IMG/VR virus record: IMGVR_UViG_3300025133_000004
Coordinates: 1 to 53,281 of that record
DNA from: a virus
DNA length: 53,281 nt
Reading direction: 5' to 3' (one strand)
Positions within the stretch are counted from its first letter, which is position 1. The number at the start of each line of letters is the position of its first letter. The position numbers were made by a program, and so were the translations under genes. The notes beneath the pieces are model-generated. The model made no database searches and was not told the DNA's origin. It saw only the letters and a program-made list of their open reading frames with translations. Shown here piece after piece: positions 1 to 7,375 of the stretch.

Positions 1-69
1 TTGATATTTCAGGTAATGCCGATATAGATGGTACACTTGAAGCAGATGCAATTACAGTTGATGGTACAG
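1..69. repeat. terminal redundancy: bases 1-69 are identical to 53212-53280
   Basis: Read directly at both ends. The match breaks only at the final window base (g at 53281 versus c at 70). Confidence 0.9.
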
Positions 70-1298
70 CTCTAAACGAATATATTGCTGATACTGTCGG
101 TGCTATGGTTGGTTCAAATACAGAATCGGGTATAACTGTAGCATATCAAGATGGTGATAATACATTAGACTTTACAGTTGGAACACTGAACCAAGACACA
201 ACTGGAACCGCTGCTATAGCAACGACAGTAACTATAACAGACAATGAAAGCACAAATGAAAACAATGCTATTATTTTTACAGCAGGTGGTGATCTTGATG
301 GTGGCAACTTAGGTTTAGAGTCTGATGGTGATTTAATTTATAATCCTTCTACTGGATTACTATCAAGTACTGGTGTTACGGCATCTGGTACAATAACTTT
401 TGGAACACTTTCTGATGGAACAATAGGAGTTACTGCTTGGGTTGATGAAGATAATATGTCTTCAGATAGTGCGACTCTTGTGCCTACACAGCAATCTGTA
501 AAAGCTTATGTAGACAGTCAAACATCTGGTTCAGGTACAATGAGTAACTTTATTCTTGAAGATGATGATGGTACTGAAGTAACTGTTTCTAACGCTAAAG
601 AAGTAAAGTTTATTGGATCAGGTATTACAACAAACTGGACTGATACAGATAACGGCACAGATGGCGATCCCTATGATTTAACATTTACAGTAGATGCAGC
701 ACAGACAGGAATTACTTCTTTACTTGCAACAGATATAAAAATTGGTGAAGATGATCAAACTAAAATAGATTTTGAAGATGCTGATAAAATTAACTTTTAT
801 GCAGGAAATGAGAAACAATTAATTTTAGAAGATGGTGCGCTTTATCCGGGTTCTGATAATATTATTGATCTTGGTAAATCTGATAATGAATTTAAAGACG
901 CTTTCTTTGATGGTACAGTTACAGCAGATGCTTTTGCAGGGCCATTAACAGGAGATGTAACAGGCAATGCGTCTGGTACAGCAGCTACAGTAACAGGAGC
1001 AGCACAATCTAATATTACTAGTTTAGGAACTTTAACAACTCTAACAGTTGATAATGTTATTATAAATGGTTCTACTATTGGACATACTGGTGATACGGAT
1101 TTAATGACAGTAGCTAGTGGAGTACTAACAGTAGCCGGAGAAGTCTCAATGACTACTCTTGATATTGGAGGTACTAATGTTACAGCAACCGCAGCAGAAC
1201 TTAATTATTCAGACGGTGTTACTTCTGCGATACAAACGCAGTTAGACACTAAAGCATCAACAGGCAAAGCTATTGCTATGGCTATGGTCTTTGGTTAA
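1..1298 (+). CDS. tail fibre protein, 3' part (gene begins at 52261 and crosses the window junction)
   Basis: The frame is open from base 3 with no start codon, and the track ORF 105..1298 begins at an internal Met. The frame of the ORF starting at 52261 continues exactly through the 69-nt overlap. LDISGNADIDGTLEADA and EFKDAFFDGTVT modules recur. Confidence 0.75.
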   Translation, partial: DISGNADIDGTLEADAITVDGTALNEYIADTVGAMVGSNTESGITVAYQDGDNTLDFTVGTLNQDTTGTAAIATTVTITDNESTNENNAIIFTAGGDLDGGNLGLESDGDLIYNPSTGLLSSTGVTASGTITFGTLSDGTIGVTAWVDEDNMSSDSATLVPTQQSVKAYVDSQTSGSGTMSNFILEDDDGTEVTVSNAKEVKFIGSGITTNWTDTDNGTDGDPYDLTFTVDAAQTGITSLLATDIKIGEDDQTKIDFEDADKINFYAGNEKQLILEDGALYPGSDNIIDLGKSDNEFKDAFFDGTVTADAFAGPLTGDVTGNASGTAATVTGAAQSNITSLGTLTTLTVDNVIINGSTIGHTGDTDLMTVASGVLTVAGEVSMTTLDIGGTNVTATAAELNYSDGVTSAIQTQLDTKASTGKAIAMAMVFG

Positions 1299-1313
1299 AA
1301 GGAGAACTTATAA

Positions 1314-1685
1314 ATGTCAGCCCCTAATGTAGTAAATGTAGCAACGATTACCGCAAAAACAGCGCAAGTAGCTGTTGGTACGTCTGCTACAGAAATCTTA
1401 TCAAATGCCGCAAGTAGCAGTAAAGTATTAAAAGTTAATATGCTTATGATTACCAATATAGATGGTAGTGCTGCTGCGGATATTACAGTTAATTTATATC
1501 CACAGGATGATATAGGTGGAACAGGAGTAGCTATTGCTTCTACAATATCTGTACCTGCTGATTCTGCTCTTATTGTACTTGATAAAGCAACTGCTATTTA
1601 TTTAGAAGAAGATAAATCATTAGGCGGCATTGCAAGCGCAGCTAGTGATTTAGTAGCCACTATTAGTTATGAAGAAATTTCGTAA
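1314..1685 (+). CDS. hypothetical protein in the tail-fibre module (123 aa)
   Basis: Track ORF with AAGGAG upstream of the ATG, tightly packed after the fibre gene. No motif recognised. Confidence 0.6.
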   Translation: MSAPNVVNVATITAKTAQVAVGTSATEILSNAASSSKVLKVNMLMITNIDGSAAADITVNLYPQDDIGGTGVAIASTISVPADSALIVLDKATAIYLEEDKSLGGIASAASDLVATISYEEIS

Positions 1686-1695
1686 GGAATAACTT

Positions 1696-2907
1696 ATGGG
1701 TTCAAGATTTAAAGGCGGTGTAGTTTCAGCCACACCTCCTACAATAAATAGTCCTACTGATGGTGAAGGCGGTTCAACATCTGGCGTTTGGTATATGACA
1801 GACGTTACTCAAGAAGAAGGAGGAAGCACTTGGCCTAAACTTGTACCACCCAGAGAGCAATGGGCTTGGGGTAGAAATCAAAATGGTCAGTTAGGTCAAG
1901 GTGATACCACTGACTATTCTTCACCTGTTCAGGTAGGCGAACTTACTAATTGGAAAGCCAGTGCCGGAGGTCAATATATTTCAGCGGCTATTAAAACTGA
2001 CGGGACGCTTTGGACTTGGGGAGCAGGTGCTAGTGGAGGTTTAGGAGATGGCACTACTGCTAATAAAAGTTCTCCTGTCCAAGTAGGCACTGATTGGGCA
2101 ACAGTTACTCAGATGCGTAATTCTACTCTTGCTATTAAAACTAACGGAACGCTTTGGGCTTGGGGGGCTAACGGACTAGGCCAATTAGGTTTAAATAACA
2201 CCACTTACTATTCTTCCCCCGTACAAGTAGGCGCTTTAACTACTTGGTTAAAAGTGTCTTGTGGGTTATATTTTGTTACAGCCATTAAAACTGACGGAAC
2301 GCTTTGGGCTTGGGGTAAAAATACTCAAGGTCAGTTAGGTCAAGGAAATACTACCCACACTTCATCTCCCGTACAAATAGGTGCGCTTACTACTTGGTCA
2401 CAGTTAGGAGATGGTACACAAAGTAGTTTTGCTATTAAAACTGACGGAACGCTTTGGGCTTGGGGTAGAAATAACTATGGACAATTAGGTGATGGAAGCA
2501 CTACTGACCGATCTTCTCCTGTTCAAATTGGTTCGCTAACTACATGGGGTCAATTAGTAAGTGCAGGACAGTATCATTGTGGAGTTGTTAAGACAGACGG
2601 GACGCTTTGGACTTGGGGCAGGAACAATTACGGCCAAGTAGGTGACGGAAGTACTACTAATAGAAGTTCTCCAGTACAAATAGGTTCTTTAACCACATGG
2701 AGCAGATTTAGAGGTGCAAAACACAGTAGTATGGGGCTTACAACAGGCGGTACTCTTTGGGCTTGGGGTTATAATAATCGTGGTCAATTAGGTCAAGGAA
2801 ATACGACTAGCTATAGTTCTCCTGTGCAAGTTGGGGCGCTTACTACTTGGAGTAAGTTGGCAGGGCAACCAGAATCAGAACACGCACTTGTTACTAAAAC
2901 AGTTTAA
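1696..2907 (+). CDS. RCC1-repeat beta-propeller protein (paralogue 1)
   Basis: About seven repeats of the type DGTLWAWGxNxxGQLGxGxTTxxSSPVQ(I/V)G. The N-terminal 45 aa are shared with the ORF at 4698. Confidence 0.8.
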   Translation: MGSRFKGGVVSATPPTINSPTDGEGGSTSGVWYMTDVTQEEGGSTWPKLVPPREQWAWGRNQNGQLGQGDTTDYSSPVQVGELTNWKASAGGQYISAAIKTDGTLWTWGAGASGGLGDGTTANKSSPVQVGTDWATVTQMRNSTLAIKTNGTLWAWGANGLGQLGLNNTTYYSSPVQVGALTTWLKVSCGLYFVTAIKTDGTLWAWGKNTQGQLGQGNTTHTSSPVQIGALTTWSQLGDGTQSSFAIKTDGTLWAWGRNNYGQLGDGSTTDRSSPVQIGSLTTWGQLVSAGQYHCGVVKTDGTLWTWGRNNYGQVGDGSTTNRSSPVQIGSLTTWSRFRGAKHSSMGLTTGGTLWAWGYNNRGQLGQGNTTSYSSPVQVGALTTWSKLAGQPESEHALVTKTV

Positions 2908-2931
2908 TTAGTTGTACTCAGAGTTAATAAT

Positions 2932-4701
2932 ATGAAAAAACAAATACATTTTATGTCAGGTGTGCCTCGCTCCGGTTCTACGGTACTGGCGGCTATACTT
3001 AACCAAAACAAACAGACTCATGTTTCTACAACGTCAGGGTTAGTATTTGCTTTAGACGGGTTAGCTAATACTTGGCACTCACAACAGCTATTAAATAATA
3101 CAGATAAAGATAAGACCAAGTTAGCTAAAACAATGAATGCTATAATTAATACGTTTTATGAAGATTATAAAAACCCTGTTATTATAGATAAAGGCAGAGG
3201 TTGGCCCATTCCTGTTATTATGCAGTCTATGAGCCAAGTATTAGGTAGACTACCTAAAATTGTAGCTACTGTTAGATCAATACCTGATTGTATGGCATCA
3301 TTTGTTAGAGTAGCTAAACCAGATAATCTTGATAAATTTATGGAATCTGGAATACTAAGTACTCATTTAAAAGCAGCATATTTAACTTTACAAACTGGTT
3401 ATGAGTTTGCACCTGAATGTTTTTGCATAGTTGAATATGAAGACCTTATAGCTAATCCAAAAGCTCAACTTAAACGCATCCATAAATTTTTGGAGTTGCC
3501 TGATTTTAATTATGACTTTACAGCGATTGATGGGACTAGCGTTCAGGAAGATGATGAAGAGCTACATCACTATGAAGGTATGCACAATATTCAGCCTGTG
3601 CTTGGAAAGCAGCACAACGAAGACCCCAAAGATGTACTAAAGCATTATTACAATTCGTTTTGTCAGCCTGAGTTTTGGCTTAAAAACCCTCGTACAACCC
3701 CTGAAATACATGACCTAGACCTTCAGTTAGCTGCTTCAAAAAGAGGCCACTTTGCAGAGGGTTGGCGGTTAAGTCAACAAATAGAAAAAAATGAGCCTAA
3801 TAATCATAGAGCTGCTTTTAATCGTGGATGGTATTTATTACGTCAAGGAGAAATTCAAAAGGGTTATCAGTTAATGGATAGAGGACGTTTAATAGGAGTA
3901 TTTGGTAATACTGTTACTTCACAATCACCTTGTTGGGACGGAAAATCAAAAGGTACAGTTTTATTATATTTAGAAGGTGGACTAGGCGATCAAATACATC
4001 AAGTACGATATGCTAAGTCTATTGCCGAAAAAGGTTGTAAAGTAATCGTATCTTGTTCTGGACAGCTTGCATCTTTATTTGTAGATGTTGAGGGCGTGAG
4101 TTCTGTTGTTCAACATGAGATGTGTCACGGGGTTTACCATGACTTTTTAGTACACGGAATGTCAGCCGTTGTTCCACTAGGATTAGAATTAAAAGACCTT
4201 TCTGGTATACCTTATATTACTAAACCTAAAAGTATTAGAGGTTTTAAAACCCGAATTGGTTTACGATGGCAAGGACAAACTGTATTTGAAAAAGAACATC
4301 AAAAGAAATTTCCTTATGATCTTTTATTTGATGCTGTAAAAGATGCAGATGCAGAGTTTATTTCTTTACAAAAAGATGAGGGTGTAGAAGATTGTCCATC
4401 GTGGGTTAAACAAGTTCCTTTAGATACTTGGGAAGATACACGACAAGCTACTGCCTCATGTGATTTGGTTATTTCATCTTGTACTTCAGTAAGCCATTTA
4501 GCAGCCGCAATGGGTGTAGAAACTTGGACAGTAATACCTGTTATGCCTTACTTCTTATATGCACAAGAAGGAGATACTTGTCCTTATTATGATTCAATGA
4601 AACTAATACGACAAAAAGAATTTGGTAATTGGGAAGATCCTTTTAATTTAATTAAAGAAAAACTTACAAAAAATAAACAAATATTACGGAGAATTGCATG
4701 A
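2932..4701 (+). CDS. sulfotransferase / TPR-like linker / GT9-like glycosyltransferase fusion protein
   Basis: N-terminus has GVPRSGST (5'-PSB loop), VRSIPDCMAS (3'-PB-like) and YEDLIANPKAQLKRIHKFLEL. C-terminus has WDGKSKGTVLLYLEGGLGDQIHQVRYAK, typical of heptosyltransferase-like GT9 domains. Confidence 0.7.
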   Translation: MKKQIHFMSGVPRSGSTVLAAILNQNKQTHVSTTSGLVFALDGLANTWHSQQLLNNTDKDKTKLAKTMNAIINTFYEDYKNPVIIDKGRGWPIPVIMQSMSQVLGRLPKIVATVRSIPDCMASFVRVAKPDNLDKFMESGILSTHLKAAYLTLQTGYEFAPECFCIVEYEDLIANPKAQLKRIHKFLELPDFNYDFTAIDGTSVQEDDEELHHYEGMHNIQPVLGKQHNEDPKDVLKHYYNSFCQPEFWLKNPRTTPEIHDLDLQLAASKRGHFAEGWRLSQQIEKNEPNNHRAAFNRGWYLLRQGEIQKGYQLMDRGRLIGVFGNTVTSQSPCWDGKSKGTVLLYLEGGLGDQIHQVRYAKSIAEKGCKVIVSCSGQLASLFVDVEGVSSVVQHEMCHGVYHDFLVHGMSAVVPLGLELKDLSGIPYITKPKSIRGFKTRIGLRWQGQTVFEKEHQKKFPYDLLFDAVKDADAEFISLQKDEGVEDCPSWVKQVPLDTWEDTRQATASCDLVISSCTSVSHLAAAMGVETWTVIPVMPYFLYAQEGDTCPYYDSMKLIRQKEFGNWEDPFNLIKEKLTKNKQILRRIA

Positions 4702-5972
4702 GCAAGGAGTGGCCGGGAGGAATTGTAAATAAAACTGCTCCTACTATTACTGCACCTACTGATGGAGAGGGAGGCAGTGCTTCTGGTGTGTGGTCATTAG
4801 ATGAAGTAATGGTTCATGAAAAAGCAGGTAATTGGCCTAAGCCGAATAAAAAAAGACAGTTATGGGGTTTTGGCCGCAATGCTAATGGACAATTAGGATT
4901 AGGTGCTACTGGTGGAGATGGTGAAACACAAGCTCATACTTCTCCTATGCAAATAGGTTCATTAACTGATTGGGCGCAAGTTGCTTTGGGTGGGGCACAT
5001 TCTATAGCAACAAAAACAGACGGTACATTATGGTCATGGGGTTATAATTCTACTGGTCAATTAGGACAAGATAACACTACTCAGCTTGTTTCCCCAAATC
5101 AAGTGGGTGCATTAACTACTTGGGGTTCTGATGTAGGACCATCAGGCGATGGTAATGCTCAAATATCTTGTGGAAATGGCACATCACATATGATTATGAA
5201 TGATGGTACATTGTGGAGTATGGGTAGAGGTAGTCAAGGTCAATTAGGTATGAATAATACTACTATTTATTCTTCACCCGTTCAGGTTGGATCATTAACT
5301 AATTGGCGAGAATTAGCTGTTGGTGGCGGTTACAAGTTTATGCACTCAATTAAAACTGATGGAACTTTATGGGCTTGGGGAAAACAAGACAATGGACAAC
5401 TGGGTGACGGCTCTACTACTGCTAGAAGTTCTCCAGTTCAAATTGGATCAGTAACAACTTGGGTAACTGTTGCTTGTGGTTATTCTCATACAATAGCAGT
5501 AAAAGAAGACGGTACTTTATGGGCAGTAGGTCACAACGATGATGGACAATTAGGAGATGGTTCTACTACTGATAGAAGTTCTTTAGTACAAATAGGTTCA
5601 CTTACTAATTGGAAATTTGTAGCGGCAGGAGATAGAAATAGTCTTGCCGTTAAAACTGATGGCACTATGTGGGCTTGGGGAAATAACGGTTACGGAGTAG
5701 TAGGTGATGGTTCTACCACTAATAGAAGTTCTCCAGTACAAATAGGTTCTTTAACAACTTGGAGAAAAGTATTCACGCGACACAGAAATTCAGGTGCGAT
5801 TAAATCAGACGGCACTTTGTGGGGTTGGGGTTATAACGATGAAGGAATATTAGGTATTGGTGCAGGTACTAATAGAAGCTCTCCAGTACAAGTAGGTACA
5901 GCAACTAACTGGCTTAGTAGTGGGCCTGGAGATTCACAAGGTATTCATTCATTATATTTGAGAGAAGGATAG
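4698..5972 (+). CDS. RCC1-repeat beta-propeller protein (paralogue 2)
   Basis: RCC1-type repeats (DGTLWAWGxxxxGQLGDGSTTxRSSPVQIG), ATGA overlap with the upstream ORF, and an N-terminal segment shared with 1696..2907. Confidence 0.8.
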   Translation: MSKEWPGGIVNKTAPTITAPTDGEGGSASGVWSLDEVMVHEKAGNWPKPNKKRQLWGFGRNANGQLGLGATGGDGETQAHTSPMQIGSLTDWAQVALGGAHSIATKTDGTLWSWGYNSTGQLGQDNTTQLVSPNQVGALTTWGSDVGPSGDGNAQISCGNGTSHMIMNDGTLWSMGRGSQGQLGMNNTTIYSSPVQVGSLTNWRELAVGGGYKFMHSIKTDGTLWAWGKQDNGQLGDGSTTARSSPVQIGSVTTWVTVACGYSHTIAVKEDGTLWAVGHNDDGQLGDGSTTDRSSLVQIGSLTNWKFVAAGDRNSLAVKTDGTMWAWGNNGYGVVGDGSTTNRSSPVQIGSLTTWRKVFTRHRNSGAIKSDGTLWGWGYNDEGILGIGAGTNRSSPVQVGTATNWLSSGPGDSQGIHSLYLREG

Positions 5973-5983
5973 AGGAAAATATT

Positions 5984-6379
5984 ATGTCATTATTTGTAAA
6001 AGTAGTAAATGAAGAAGTAAGAGAAGTTTGGGATACACAACCTCCCGCAGGTGAGGCTAATTGGTATGCAGCTATTGAAGTGCGTCCTGAAATTACTGAT
6101 GGCAAGCAAATTTATACTGGACATACGTTTGATCTTACTACTGATCCGGTACAGATTGTTTACGGTGTAAATAATTTAACTGTAGATCAGCGTAAATCAA
6201 ATCTTATTAGTAAGGCTAAAGGTGCATATCAGGAAGTCGCTAATGATCAAACGCGCCTTGAAACTGAGGATGGTTCTGGTGATGCCGCATTAGTAAGTGA
6301 TGCTAAAGATGCTAAAGATCAAAACATTACCGCTATTAATGCTTGTACTACTCACGACCAATTAGATAATTTAGGATAA
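5984..6379 (+). CDS. hypothetical protein (131 aa)
   Basis: Track ORF, co-directional and closely spaced. No motif recognised. Confidence 0.55.
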   Translation: MSLFVKVVNEEVREVWDTQPPAGEANWYAAIEVRPEITDGKQIYTGHTFDLTTDPVQIVYGVNNLTVDQRKSNLISKAKGAYQEVANDQTRLETEDGSGDAALVSDAKDAKDQNITAINACTTHDQLDNLG

Positions 6380-6423
6380 TAAAATGCCTGCTAAAAAAGT
6401 AAATAAGGTTAAATGGTAGTGAG

Positions 6424-6675
6424 GTGGACATTATGACCGAAACAGAACTAGAAAGGATTATACATCAAGCAGCGCATGAGGGAGCAAAAGAAGCATTGAA
6501 AGAGATAGGTCTTTCAGATGAAGAAGCTTATGACGATGTAAAAGAACTAAGAGGATTACTAGATTCTTGGAGAGCTACTAAAGTTACAGTGGGGCAAACA
6601 GTAGCTAGGATAGTAACAACTGCATTATTAACTGCTTTAGCTGTAGGCATTTATATGGGTTGGGGAAGTGACTGA
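6424..6675 (+). CDS. small membrane protein with a C-terminal TM helix (lysis-cassette candidate)
   Basis: Track ORF with hydrophobic VARIVTTALLTALAVGIYMGWG at the C-terminus. The ATG at 6433, preceded by GAGGTG, is a likelier start than the GTG at 6424. Confidence 0.6.
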   Translation: MDIMTETELERIIHQAAHEGAKEALKEIGLSDEEAYDDVKELRGLLDSWRATKVTVGQTVARIVTTALLTALAVGIYMGWGSD

Positions 6676-6820
6676 GTTTTTTATAAGATTTGGAATTGCT
6701 TTTTGTATCGTTGTAATAATAATTTGTTTAAAAATTTTAATACAAGGGAATATAGAATTAACTAGGATAGTTTATTATCACTATAAAGATAAATTTAAAA
6801 GATGGTGGAGAAATTTATGA
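6668..6820 (+). CDS. unlisted small ORF, 50 aa, one TM helix
   Basis: Hand translation gives (V/M)TEFFIRFGIAFCIVVIIICLKILIQGN...RWWRNL. The GTG start overlaps the upstream stop and the stop overlaps the next ATG. It falls below the track length cutoff. Confidence 0.4.
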   Translation: MTEFFIRFGIAFCIVVIIICLKILIQGNIELTRIVYYHYKDKFKRWWRNL

Positions 6821-6960
6821 TAGAGTTTTTAGACAAGTTAAAAGATTTAGTAATAAGAACTAAAGAAAAACTAAGCGAACCTGTAAGCGCACCTAGACGT
6901 AAGGTTATTCTTGTAGGTGTAGGTATCTTAATTGTAATTGGTATTGCACTGGTTATCTAA
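6817..6960 (+). CDS. unlisted small ORF, 47 aa, C-terminal TM helix
   Basis: Hand translation gives MIEFLDKLKDLVIRTKEKLSEPVSAPRRKVILVGVGILIVIGIALVI. ATGA overlap upstream and TAATG overlap with the holin gene downstream. Confidence 0.5.
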   Translation: MIEFLDKLKDLVIRTKEKLSEPVSAPRRKVILVGVGILIVIGIALVI

Positions 6961-7367
6961 TGTTAGGACTTATTGATAGGCTTATCGGCCCTGTATCAAC
7001 AATACTTGATAAGGTAGTAAGCGATAAAGACCTAAAAGAAAAGTTAGCTCACGACATTGCGACAATGGCAGAACGTCACGGCCACGATGTTATTAAAGCA
7101 CAGATAGAAGTTAATAAAGAAGAAGCTAAACATAGAAGTTTGTTTGTTAGTGGTTGGAGGCCGGCAGTCGGTTGGACTTGTACACTGGCGCTTTTGTCAA
7201 ACTTTATCTTAATCCCTATGACTAATTTTATATTAGTTTTAGCAGATTCAGATATTGCAATACCTTTAATTGATGTTTCTACTATGATGCCTGTTCTTAT
7301 GGGTATGCTCGGTTTAGGTACAATGAGAACGGTAGAGAAAATAAATAAAGTTGAGAGAAATACATAG
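6960..7367 (+). CDS. holin, 3-TM GTA-type (DUF3154-like)
   Basis: SLFVSGWRPAVGWTCTLALLSNFILIPM plus two further hydrophobic segments. The pattern matches my memory of the Holin of 3TMs family. Confidence 0.6.
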   Translation: MLGLIDRLIGPVSTILDKVVSDKDLKEKLAHDIATMAERHGHDVIKAQIEVNKEEAKHRSLFVSGWRPAVGWTCTLALLSNFILIPMTNFILVLADSDIAIPLIDVSTMMPVLMGMLGLGTMRTVEKINKVERNT

Positions 7368-7375
7368 GAATTATT

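Noticed and set aside
1-69. The terminal 69-nt repeat as a genuine direct terminal repeat of the virion DNA
   Set aside because: It lies in the middle of a continuous tail-fibre reading frame and is short. An assembly overlap of a circular or permuted genome explains it better.
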